A stretch of 51,984 bases of DNA, taken from NCBI GenBank assembly GCA_051748065.1, contig JBNJGZ010000001.1:1-51984 (forward strand), read 5' to 3'. Numbering within the stretch: the first letter of the stretch is position 1; each line of letters starts with the position of its first letter. Below the pieces are notes generated by a model that was given only the letters and a program-made list of their open reading frames with translations, was not told where the DNA came from and ran no database searches. The DNA comes from Bacteroidota bacterium (GTDB lineage Bacteria > Bacteroidota > Bacteroidia > Bacteroidales > PWNQ01). Positions 10,066 through 18,822 of this stretch are shown here, piece after piece. The translations under genes and the position numbers were made by a program.

Positions 10066-10384
10066 TGTTAAGTCACGTTTTTTCATTAAATGGGCTATTA
10101 AGAAAGGGTTTTTTAACAAACACGAATTCATTTTCGTTTAACGCAAGCGCCTTTAAATTAAGAGGCAAAGATAAGCATTTTGATTTTGTAAAAACGCTAT
10201 CCGGAATAACGAATTTTTAGTAAAAGGCCGGATATCATAATCTCTTTTTTAGTATAAATCAGCATTTCTTTCATGTTCTGTGAGTCCGGACTTCAACCAG
10301 GTGTGATAAGATAAAGCCTGTTTGGATGATCTATCATTATTGCACAAATTATTGTGAGGTTGAAGGATATTAAAAAAAATAAAA

Positions 10385-10392
10385 TATTTTTG
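10385..10392 (+). promoter_or_regulatory. -7 promoter box TATTTTTG
   Basis: Exact TAnnTTTG, 49 nt upstream of the TTG start at 10441. Confidence 0.5.
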
Positions 10393-10440
10393 TACCTTTT
10401 TAGTTTATTAAATAGATAAATCAGTAAATCGGGAATTAGA

Positions 10441-13074
10441 TTGTTGAAAAACAAGGTCAAAATATTTATAAGTCTTTCATTTATAGCACTTATCCTAATT
10501 GGTTCGTGGGGCTGTTCAACAAAGAAAAATACTTTCACCAGAAGGGTTTTTCATAACCTTACAGCTCATTACAATGCTTATTTTAATGGAGAGCAGGCGC
10601 TAAAGCAAGGGGTAAAACAAATCCAGGATGCCCATGAAGATAATTTCAATGAAATTCTTCCCGTATTCCGTTTAGCTGATGAAAAAGTTGCCCAGTCAGC
10701 TTCTCCTAAGCTGGACCGCGCAATAGATAAAGCCACTAAGGTTATCCGGAAACATTCCATGGAATTTGATGGAAAAGAATACAATAATTGGATTGATGAC
10801 GCTTATCTGTTGATGGGCCAGGCACAGTTCTACAAGCAGGAGTACATGCTGTCGAAGCGGTTATTTAATTATGTGATATCCAAATATCACCGGCACGATC
10901 TGACTTATGATGCTATGATCTGGAAAGCTTGGGTAGATGTCATACGCGGAAATAATGAGCAGGCGTTGAATGCATTAGATGAAGTACGTTATTTTGCAAA
11001 AAGGGGGAAAGTTACCGAAAAAGGTAAGCGGCTATACCCCAGAGTGTTTGCTCAGCTCTTTATCAATGAGCAAAATTATAAAGAAGCAATAAAGTGGCTT
11101 AATAAATCGATAGAAACCGGAAACGATAAAGATATAAAAAACCGGATGCGGTTTATAAAAGCACAAATTTATCAAAAACAGGACAAAAACGCACAGGCAA
11201 TCAGTACTTTTAAAAAAGTTATTCAGAACAATCCTTCTTATGATTTAACTTTTTATTCCAAGATTAATATTGCTCAATCTTACGAGGGCGACCGAGATGA
11301 AGATTTTGATATTCGTTCGGAATTGCAGGAGATGCTTGAGGACTCTAAAAATAAAGAATATAAGGATGTGATTTATTTTGCTTTAAGCCAAATAGCTTTA
11401 AAAGAAAATAATCGTCAAAAAGGAATTGATTATCTTCAAAAATCAGTATCTACTAGCAATAATAACCGTCAAAAAGCACAATCAGCCCTTGAGTTAGGAG
11501 AAATCTATTTTGACAATCGAAAATATGAGCTTTCCCAAGCTTATTATGACAGTGCTATGCTTGTTCTGCCCAAGAATTATCCCAGCTATGATTCTCTGAA
11601 AAACAGGCATGATGTGTTATCTGACCTTGTTGATAATTTAATGAAGGTGGAGAAACAAGATAGCCTGCAGCATATTGTTCAGATGCCGGAAGCCCAAAGA
11701 GATCAGTTTATCAGCAAACTGATAGAAGATGTTAGTGAGCAGGAAAGAAAGCAAAATGAGGAAGAGCTGCGGAGAAAGATGGCTAAAAGTCAGGCTGAAA
11801 TGAACCGGAAAGATAATCAAGGTGAGGGAGGAGGCAGTGGTGAATGGTATTTTTATAATAATCAGGCAAAGTCGTTTGGGTTTAATGAATTCCGCCAGCA
11901 ATGGGGAGAAAGGAAACTGGAGGATAACTGGCGTTTAAGCAGTAAAGGGTCTGCTGGTTATGGAGGGCAAGAAGATAATCGTGAAGGGCCGGGAATTACC
12001 CAGGATTCATTGAATGGTAAGCAAATAACTAATAAAGATAAAGCATATTACTTAAAAGGCCTTCCTTTAACCGATTCAGCGATGGCCCGGTCAGACAGTA
12101 TAATTAAAGAAGCCTTGTTTAATCTGGGGTTAATCTATCAGGAAGGACTTAAAGACTTTACCAAAGCCGTGGAAAGCCATGAAGAGCTTATTAACCGCTA
12201 TCCGGATTCTAAATATAAGGCAAGAGCTTATTATCATCTGTACCAGAACCATAAAAAATTAGATAATAATACGAAGTTTGAAAAATATAAAAACCTGATC
12301 CTTGAACAGTATCCGGATTCGGATTATGCCCGGGTTATAAAAGATCCGGATTACTTTAAAAGCCAGGCTAGCCGGCAGGATGAAGCGAAAAACTTTTATC
12401 AAAAGGCTTGGGAGGCTTATGATGATGGATTATATGATAAAGCCAAAACGTTGGCCGATACAGGAATGAATCGATACAGCGAATCCGGAACAGCAGCACG
12501 TTTAGCTTTATTAAAAGCATTTGCTTATGGAAAATCCGCTGACTCATCAGGGTATGTTAAGTCTTTAAGGTTTGTTGTCGATAATTATCAAGATACAAAA
12601 CCAGCCTCAAAAGCAAAAAAAATGCTCAATGCTATAGAACCGGATAAAGAAGAAAAAACAAAAGAAACCGAACAATCCGGAAAAGCAAAAGAAGAAAAAG
12701 GTTATTATGCATATGAACCTGATGAAATGCAATTGTATGTTGCTATCTTCAGTGTAGAAAATTTATCTATGAATGAGGTAAAAGTAGCATTTTCTGATTT
12801 TAATAACGAGTTTCATAGCTTAAAAAAATTATCGGTTAACAGTGTATATCTGGACAGCAAACATCAGATGTTAACCGTTAGCCGGTTTGATAATGCAGAA
12901 CAAGGCTTGAAATATTACAGAAATGTAAAAAGCAATCAGGAATTACAAAACTATTTTAAAAACCATGGCGGAAAACACTTTTTGCTTTCTGTTAATGATT
13001 ATTCGAAATTTTATAAACAAAAAGATGTAAAGAAATATCTGGAGTTCTTCGAGAATAATTATATAGAGAATTAA
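10441..13074 (+). CDS. porW: TPR-repeat lipoprotein, probably the type IX secretion component PorW/SprE
   Basis: Lipoprotein signal (LILIGSWGCSTKKNTF) with a TTG start. Multiple TPR-like repeats are present. The 877-aa size and the N-terminal pattern CS.KKNTF..R..HNLT.HYN.YFNG match my memory of SprE/PorW. This is not verified by search. Confidence 0.55.
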   Translation: MLKNKVKIFISLSFIALILIGSWGCSTKKNTFTRRVFHNLTAHYNAYFNGEQALKQGVKQIQDAHEDNFNEILPVFRLADEKVAQSASPKLDRAIDKATKVIRKHSMEFDGKEYNNWIDDAYLLMGQAQFYKQEYMLSKRLFNYVISKYHRHDLTYDAMIWKAWVDVIRGNNEQALNALDEVRYFAKRGKVTEKGKRLYPRVFAQLFINEQNYKEAIKWLNKSIETGNDKDIKNRMRFIKAQIYQKQDKNAQAISTFKKVIQNNPSYDLTFYSKINIAQSYEGDRDEDFDIRSELQEMLEDSKNKEYKDVIYFALSQIALKENNRQKGIDYLQKSVSTSNNNRQKAQSALELGEIYFDNRKYELSQAYYDSAMLVLPKNYPSYDSLKNRHDVLSDLVDNLMKVEKQDSLQHIVQMPEAQRDQFISKLIEDVSEQERKQNEEELRRKMAKSQAEMNRKDNQGEGGGSGEWYFYNNQAKSFGFNEFRQQWGERKLEDNWRLSSKGSAGYGGQEDNREGPGITQDSLNGKQITNKDKAYYLKGLPLTDSAMARSDSIIKEALFNLGLIYQEGLKDFTKAVESHEELINRYPDSKYKARAYYHLYQNHKKLDNNTKFEKYKNLILEQYPDSDYARVIKDPDYFKSQASRQDEAKNFYQKAWEAYDDGLYDKAKTLADTGMNRYSESGTAARLALLKAFAYGKSADSSGYVKSLRFVVDNYQDTKPASKAKKMLNAIEPDKEEKTKETEQSGKAKEEKGYYAYEPDEMQLYVAIFSVENLSMNEVKVAFSDFNNEFHSLKKLSVNSVYLDSKHQMLTVSRFDNAEQGLKYYRNVKSNQELQNYFKNHGGKHFLLSVNDYSKFYKQKDVKKYLEFFENNYIEN

Positions 13075-13317
13075 GTTGTATTGTTAAGTTTAGCAAGTAT
13101 AAACACATCAAAAGCCTCAGGAATAGTCGACTGTTTCAAGGCTTTCACAACAATTTACCTTGTCCCTGCCGCGAGACAGCGGATAACCTGAAATGAACGG
13201 ATACGGGAAAAAATAAACAAAATGTTTCCTTCGGGTTTTTAAGTTTAGTTCTAAATTTGATAATTTGGATAATGCAAATTAAAAACAGGCAGGATTGACA
13301 GAGAATAAAAATAATCT

Positions 13318-13325
13318 TACTTTTG
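13318..13325 (+). promoter_or_regulatory. -7 box TACTTTTG with a TTG -33-like element 20 nt upstream (13295-13297)
   Basis: Exact TAnnTTTG, 22 nt upstream of ATG 13347. The spacing to the upstream TTG fits the Bacteroidota -33/-7 architecture. Confidence 0.5.
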
Positions 13326-13346
13326 ACAACTTGCAATAAAATAGAT

Positions 13347-13781
13347 ATGGCAAAGAGAAAAATGGCAAAAACAGCAGAATTAGAAACCAATGCAATCAAT
13401 ATACTTGATTCAGGTACGGTCATAAAAGGAGACTTAGAGTCTACAGGACGCCTTCGTATAGATGGTAAAATTGTTGGTTCCATTAACTCCAAAGAGAAAA
13501 TTATTCTCGGCCAAACAGGTTATGTTGAAGGAGAAGTACAATGTAAAAATGCGGAATTTTCCGGTAAAGTAAAAGGGAAAGTAGTTGTTGAAGAGTTGTT
13601 GTCACTGCAAGCTTCTGCCCGGCTTGATGGTGAGGTCTTTACAAAAAAACTGGCTATTGAACCCGGAGCCGTTTTTAATGCCAATTGTCAGATGACAGAA
13701 AATCCTTCATCGTCCACAAATAAAGAGCATAAAACGGATGAAAGACAATCAAAACAAGGAAAAGAAAACCAAGCTATATAA
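13347..13781 (+). CDS. Bactofilin-family (DUF583) polymer-forming cytoskeletal protein
   Basis: ORF 13323..13781; the first ATG is at 13347. It has a beta-helical repeat signature: VIKGDLESTGRLRIDGKIVGSINSKEKIILGQTGYVEGEVQCKNAEFSGKVKGKVVV...LDGEV. The C-terminal tail is polar and disordered. Confidence 0.85.
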   Translation: MAKRKMAKTAELETNAINILDSGTVIKGDLESTGRLRIDGKIVGSINSKEKIILGQTGYVEGEVQCKNAEFSGKVKGKVVVEELLSLQASARLDGEVFTKKLAIEPGAVFNANCQMTENPSSSTNKEHKTDERQSKQGKENQAI

Positions 13782-13959
13782 CTATGCTCGTTATTCCGGG
13801 ATTGCTTTTCAGATGATGATTGTTATAGTTGCCGGAGTTTGGGGTGGAGTGGAATTGGATAACCTGTTGAACATTGAATTTCCTGTTATAACGATTGTAT
13901 TATCTTTGCTTTCTGTTGGAGTCGCTATTTATATTGCAATAAAAGATTTAATAAAATAG
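13738..13959 (+). CDS. AtpZ/AtpI-family small membrane protein (F-ATPase accessory)
   Basis: 73 aa with a basic N-terminus followed by YARYSGIAFQMMIVIVAGVWGGVELD and a second TM helix. The only available start overlaps the bactofilin 3' end by 44 nt. Confidence 0.75.
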   Translation: MKDNQNKEKKTKLYNYARYSGIAFQMMIVIVAGVWGGVELDNLLNIEFPVITIVLSLLSVGVAIYIAIKDLIK

Positions 13960-13964
13960 GAAAA

Positions 13965-14387
13965 ATGCAAGAGTCTTCTTTCTTTATGAAGCGCTTTCTA
14001 GTCCGGTTAACGATTTTTGCACTAATCATTGCCGGATTGGCCGGAATCTTCAAATGGCTTAGCCCGGATGAGATTGTGACCCCGGTGCTGTTTCCTATGA
14101 TTGTATTTTTTTATGTTCTTTCTGCCATAGTTCACTTAATATTGGTAAACGCCAGTAAACAAAAGTTTACGCGTTTCAATAATCGATATATGCTTGCAAC
14201 TGTGATCAAGCTTTTACTGTTTATGGTAATTTTAATTACCTATGTTTTGCAGAATACCGGTGATGCAGTAAACTTTTTGATCACATTTCTTATTTTGTAT
14301 GTTCTCTTCACCGGGTTTGAAGTGATTTCCATTGTAAAGGCCACAAGGAAGATCAAGTCAGAAGATGAAAAGCAGCAAGAAAGCTGA
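13965..14387 (+). CDS. Four-TM membrane protein, AtpI-like by size, topology and position
   Basis: 140 aa with four predicted TM helices, lying directly upstream of atpB. No diagnostic motif was recognised. Confidence 0.55.
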   Translation: MQESSFFMKRFLVRLTIFALIIAGLAGIFKWLSPDEIVTPVLFPMIVFFYVLSAIVHLILVNASKQKFTRFNNRYMLATVIKLLLFMVILITYVLQNTGDAVNFLITFLILYVLFTGFEVISIVKATRKIKSEDEKQQES

Positions 14388-14462
14388 CTGGAGAAAGAAG
14401 GGTTTATAGGATTTGATAAATGGGAATTAGTGCTGTGAGCATATTAATTCTCTAAAAAATAC

Positions 14463-14470
14463 TATTTTTG
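14463..14470 (+). promoter_or_regulatory. -7 box TATTTTTG (possible internal promoter ahead of atpB)
   Basis: Exact TAnnTTTG, 31 nt upstream of ATG 14501, within a 113-nt gap. Confidence 0.45.
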
Positions 14471-14500
14471 AGCACTTGATTTAAATCAAACAAAAGAAGC

Positions 14501-15592
14501 ATGTTGGTAAAACACAGAAAAGCAGGCCTTTGTATATTAATTATATCCGCAATTTTCTTTTTTATGAACGGGCAAGCTGTTCAGGCGGCTCCTTCAAATG
14601 GCGATAATGAGGAATCTTTTAATGCCGGAGAAATGATTTTAGGGCATGTTCAGGATTTCCATGAATGGCATATAGCTACAGTGGGTGATAAACATATCAC
14701 TATTCCTTTACCGATAATTCTATACGATAAAGATAAAGGCAAATTGCACGCGTTCATGTCTTCTAAATTTCATCATGGACATGAACCTTACCAGGGGTTT
14801 AAACTTACTAAAGATAACAATATTGTTCCTGTCAAACCAGGGACAATGGAAGTGGATGAGAACCGGGCAAAACCACTTGATTTTTCGCTAACAAAAACGG
14901 CTACCGGGATATTTATTACGGTGATATTAATGCTTATCGTTTTTCTTTCCATAGCTAAGCAATATAAAAGGAATCCCAATAGTGCGCCCAAAGGTCTACA
15001 ATCCTTATTGGAGCCACTAATCCAGTTTGTACGATATGATATTGGAAAAGCTTCAATCGGAGAGCATAAATATGAGCGGTTTATGCCCTTTTTGTTTACC
15101 ATGTTTTTCTTTATATTCTTTGCTAATCTGATTGGGCTGATCCCTTTCTTTCCGGGAGGAGCTAATATTACCGGAAACATTTCCGTTACTTTAACTTTAG
15201 CCCTGATCACATTTTTGGCGACCATATTTACCGGGAATAAACATTACTGGATGCATATTTTTAATACGCCCGGTGTTCCCTGGTGGTTGAAATTCCCATT
15301 GCCTCTGATGCCGCTGGTAGAAGTTCTGGGATTATTGACAAAACCTTTTGTGTTGATGGTTCGACTCTTTGCTAATATATTGGCCGGTCATATCATTATA
15401 CTCGGTTTTATCAGCCTGATATTTATTTTCGGAATAGGAAGTCTTGCTGTAGGATATGGAGTTTCCGTATTATCCATAGCATTTACGGTATTTATCAATT
15501 TCCTGGAATTACTGGTAGCATTTATCCAGGCATATGTTTTCACTTTGTTGACAGCGCTTTACCTGGGAGATGCCACGCAAGAAGCTCATTAA
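14501..15592 (+). CDS. atpB: F0F1 ATP synthase subunit a
   Basis: Contains the conserved LMVRLFANILAGHIII (essential Arg) helix. It has the long N-terminal extension that, from memory, is usual in Bacteroidota. Confidence 0.95.
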   Translation: MLVKHRKAGLCILIISAIFFFMNGQAVQAAPSNGDNEESFNAGEMILGHVQDFHEWHIATVGDKHITIPLPIILYDKDKGKLHAFMSSKFHHGHEPYQGFKLTKDNNIVPVKPGTMEVDENRAKPLDFSLTKTATGIFITVILMLIVFLSIAKQYKRNPNSAPKGLQSLLEPLIQFVRYDIGKASIGEHKYERFMPFLFTMFFFIFFANLIGLIPFFPGGANITGNISVTLTLALITFLATIFTGNKHYWMHIFNTPGVPWWLKFPLPLMPLVEVLGLLTKPFVLMVRLFANILAGHIIILGFISLIFIFGIGSLAVGYGVSVLSIAFTVFINFLELLVAFIQAYVFTLLTALYLGDATQEAH

Positions 15593-15641
15593 ATATATAA
15601 ACATAATTCAATAGAAATATAAATCTTTAAGTTTAATTATT

Positions 15642-15899
15642 ATGTCTACATTAAATGTATTATTAGAAGCAACAAACCTGCAACCGATTGCTCAATTAGG
15701 TGCTGCTATCGGCGCTGCTGTAACAGCATTAGCCGCAGCATACGGTATTGGTAATATCGGTAAAGCAGCTTTGGAATCTATAGCAAGGCAGCCTGAAGCT
15801 GGCGGAGATATCCGTTCCAGTATGATTATTTCAGCTGCTCTTATTGAAGGTGTTTCCTTCTTTGCTATTGTAATTTCACTGCTGATGGTGGTATTGTAA
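15642..15899 (+). CDS. atpE: F0F1 ATP synthase subunit c
   Basis: 85-aa hairpin proteolipid: GAAIGAAVTALAAAYGIGNIG ... ARQPE ... SAALIEGVSFFAIV (carboxylate E in helix 2). Confidence 0.96.
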   Translation: MSTLNVLLEATNLQPIAQLGAAIGAAVTALAAAYGIGNIGKAALESIARQPEAGGDIRSSMIISAALIEGVSFFAIVISLLMVVL

Positions 15900-15912
15900 T
15901 GACAGAATTAAC

Positions 15913-15945
15913 CTCTTTCCCACAACGGTTGGTTGTGGGGAAGAG
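15913..15945 (+). other. 14-bp intra-operon stem-loop between atpE and atpF
   Basis: CTCTTTCCCACAAC-GGTTG-GTTGTGGGGAAGAG: 13 Watson-Crick pairs plus one G.U pair that exists only in the plus-strand RNA. No clean U-tract follows. Confidence 0.7.
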
Positions 15946-15982
15946 CTTTATGTATTTGTAAAACGATTTAGAAAATAATATT

Positions 15983-16477
15983 ATGGGACTTGTAACACCT
16001 GGACTTGGGTTAATCGTGTGGATGACAATTGCTTTTTTGATTGTCTTTTTTATCCTGGCAAAATATGCCTGGAAACCTATAATGAGGGCTCTTAAACAAC
16101 GGGAACAATCTATTGATGAAGCCCTTCATGAAGCTGAAAAAGCTCGTGAAGAAATGAAAAATTTAAAAGCAGGAAATGAAAAATTACTAAATCAAGCTAA
16201 AGGAGAACGGGAAGAGATACTTAAAGAAGCCCGGAAGATGAGCGATAAAATTGTTAATGAAGCCAAAGAAAATGCGAAAGGAGAAGCTAACCGCATTATT
16301 GAAGAAGCTAAAGAAAAAATACACTATGAACGGATGGCTGCTGTGACGGAACTTAAAAACGAAGTAGCCAATTTGTCTATTGAAATTGCCGAAAAGATTC
16401 TGAAACAAGAGTTATCTGATAACGATAAACATCAGCAACTGATTAAAAAACAACTTGAAAAGGTGCAATTCAATTAA
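15983..16477 (+). CDS. atpF: F0F1 ATP synthase subunit b
   Basis: Single N-terminal TM helix followed by a long E/K/A-rich helix, in the operon position. Confidence 0.93.
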   Translation: MGLVTPGLGLIVWMTIAFLIVFFILAKYAWKPIMRALKQREQSIDEALHEAEKAREEMKNLKAGNEKLLNQAKGEREEILKEARKMSDKIVNEAKENAKGEANRIIEEAKEKIHYERMAAVTELKNEVANLSIEIAEKILKQELSDNDKHQQLIKKQLEKVQFN

Positions 16478-16609
16478 TATGACGGCGATGAGTTGATTGA
16501 TGCAATCTGATTATAAAATAGACAGCAATGATGTATAGATAATTGACATAGTATTTATATTATGACATAAACGCCGGAACTAATTGTTCCATAAAAATTA
16601 AGTTAGACT

Positions 16610-17167
16610 ATGAACGACTCCAAAATAGGGAAACGGTATGCCAAAGCTCTTTTTGATTTTGCTTTAGAACAAAATGATCTGGAGCAAGTCATAAAAGATA
16701 TGGATTTAGTCAATAATACCATTCAGCAAAGTCGTGAGTTAAAAACATTGCTGAAAAACCCGGTAATGCATAATAAAACGAAAAAGACGATTGTAAAAGC
16801 TATTTTTGAAAAACATATCGGCGAAATCGTTCTCAATTACCTCATGATCATTGTTAGTAAAAACCGGGGCCCATATATTTATGACATCGCTTCTCAATTT
16901 GTTGTTTATTATAAGAAACACAAAAATATTAAAACGGCCCATTTGGCAACAGCTCACAAAGTAAATGACGAAATAAGGCAAATAATTATTCAAACACTGG
17001 AAGAACAAACGAAAGCAACTGTGGAGCTGGATGAAGATGTAAATGAAGATCTCATTGGCGGAATGGTACTCAAAGTGGATGATTTGGAAATTGATATGAG
17101 TTTACGAAAACGGATTAATGAGTTATCCCAAAAATTTAAAACAAATATTTATCAAGGAAAGTATTAA
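16610..17167 (+). CDS. atpH: F0F1 ATP synthase subunit delta (OSCP)
   Basis: N-terminal RYAKALFDFA motif and C-terminal LIGGMVLKVDD motif. Confidence 0.93.
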   Translation: MNDSKIGKRYAKALFDFALEQNDLEQVIKDMDLVNNTIQQSRELKTLLKNPVMHNKTKKTIVKAIFEKHIGEIVLNYLMIIVSKNRGPYIYDIASQFVVYYKKHKNIKTAHLATAHKVNDEIRQIIIQTLEEQTKATVELDEDVNEDLIGGMVLKVDDLEIDMSLRKRINELSQKFKTNIYQGKY

Positions 17168-17193
17168 TCTTAGAATAGAAAAACCGATTGATC

Positions 17194-18783
17194 ATGGCAG
17201 AAATAAAACCAGCAGAAGTATCTGCAATATTACGAGAACAACTAAGTGGATATAAACATGAAGATCACCTGGAAGAAGTCGGGAGTGTTTTGCAAGTTGG
17301 AGATGGAATTGCACGCATATATGGTATTGATAATGCAGAAGCCGGCGAATTATTGGAATTTGAAAAAGGTGGAGTAAAAGCTATTGTTTTAAATCTGGAA
17401 GAAGATAACGTAGGAGCTGTTTTACTTGGTGAAACACACGATATTATGGAAGGCGATAAAGTAAAACGAACAGGAAATATTGCCTCTATAAATGTCGGAG
17501 AAGGTTTGCTTGGCCGGGTTGTCAATACGATAGGAGAGCCTGTAGATGGACGTGGAGAAATTAAAGGCGAGCGTTATGAAATGCCCCTGGAAAGAAAAGC
17601 ACCGGGAGTTATTTACAGGGAGCCTGTTAAAGAACCACTTCAAACCGGTATCAAAGCAATCGATTCGATGATACCAATTGGAAGAGGCCAGCGGGAGTTG
17701 ATTATTGGAGACCGTCAAACCGGGAAAACAGCGATTGCCGTAGATGCAATTATCAATCAGAAAAAGTTTTATGACAAAGGAGACCCTGTATATTGTGTTT
17801 ATGTGGCTATAGGCCAAAAAGGCTCTACAGTAGCTCAAATTGCCAGTACACTGAAAGAGAAAGGCGCAATGGATTACACGGTGATTGTTTCTGCTTCGGC
17901 GTCAGACCCTGCAGCACTTCAGTTTTATGCTCCATTTGCCGGTGCTTCTATCGGCGAGTTTTTCCGTGATACAGGACGTCATGCATTAGTTATTTATGAC
18001 GATTTATCCAAACAAGCGGTTTCCTATCGTGAGGTTTCCCTGTTATTGCGCCGGCCACCAGGACGAGAAGCTTATCCCGGCGATGTGTTTTATTTGCACT
18101 CCAGATTGCTGGAACGTGCGGCTAAAATTATCGATTCTGACTCTATTGCTGAGCAAATGAATAATGTTCCGGAATCTATACAGCACATGGTTAAAGGCGG
18201 AGGTTCACTCACCGCATTACCCCTTATTGAAACTCAGGCAGGAGACGTGTCATCCTATATTCCTACTAACGTTATTTCTATTACCGATGGGCAGATTTTC
18301 CTGGAATCTGACCTGTTTAATGCCGGCGTTCGGCCCGCCATTAATGTAGGTATTTCCGTTTCAAGGGTTGGTGGAAGTGCCCAGATTAAATCCATGAAAA
18401 AAGTAGCCGGGACGCTTAAATTAGACCAGGCATCTTTCCGCGAGTTAGAAGCGTTTGCCAAGTTTGGTTCCGACCTTGACGCTTCCACACAGGCTGTGCT
18501 GGATAAAGGTTATCGAAATGTGGAAATCCTCAAACAAAATCAATATTCCCCGATGGATGTGGAAAAGCAAATTGCTATCATTTTTGCCGGAACAAACAAT
18601 CTGATGAAAAATATTCCTATCGAAAAAGTGAAAGAATTTGAGGAGGCTTATTTGCATTTGATTGAAGAAAGACATCGCGAAGATGTGTTGGATGTACTGA
18701 AGTCCGGTAAAATTACCGATGAAGTGAAAGAAAAGTTGACAAGCATCGCAAAGGATGTTGAAAAACAATATACAAAACAATAA
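17194..18783 (+). CDS. atpA: F0F1 ATP synthase subunit alpha
   Basis: Walker [10 protein letters not shown] plus many conserved alpha-subunit blocks. ATG 17194 lies two codons inside the tracked TTG ORF. Confidence 0.98.
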   Translation: MAEIKPAEVSAILREQLSGYKHEDHLEEVGSVLQVGDGIARIYGIDNAEAGELLEFEKGGVKAIVLNLEEDNVGAVLLGETHDIMEGDKVKRTGNIASINVGEGLLGRVVNTIGEPVDGRGEIKGERYEMPLERKAPGVIYREPVKEPLQTGIKAIDSMIPIGRGQRELIIGDRQTGKTAIAVDAIINQKKFYDKGDPVYCVYVAIGQKGSTVAQIASTLKEKGAMDYTVIVSASASDPAALQFYAPFAGASIGEFFRDTGRHALVIYDDLSKQAVSYREVSLLLRRPPGREAYPGDVFYLHSRLLERAAKIIDSDSIAEQMNNVPESIQHMVKGGGSLTALPLIETQAGDVSSYIPTNVISITDGQIFLESDLFNAGVRPAINVGISVSRVGGSAQIKSMKKVAGTLKLDQASFRELEAFAKFGSDLDASTQAVLDKGYRNVEILKQNQYSPMDVEKQIAIIFAGTNNLMKNIPIEKVKEFEEAYLHLIEERHREDVLDVLKSGKITDEVKEKLTSIAKDVEKQYTKQ

Positions 18784-18822
18784 TGCTGTAATGATACGGC
18801 ATCATGCTAATAACAAAATGTT

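Noticed and set aside
10293-10538. 81-aa minus-strand ORF spanning the porW-like start region
   Set aside because: It overlaps the promoter and signal-peptide coding region of a much better supported gene, and its composition is low-complexity Ile/Leu/Phe/Asn.
13145-13492. 115-aa minus-strand ORF across the porW/bactofilin spacer
   Set aside because: It runs antisense through the bactofilin promoter and 5' coding region, and it has no motif or promoter box.
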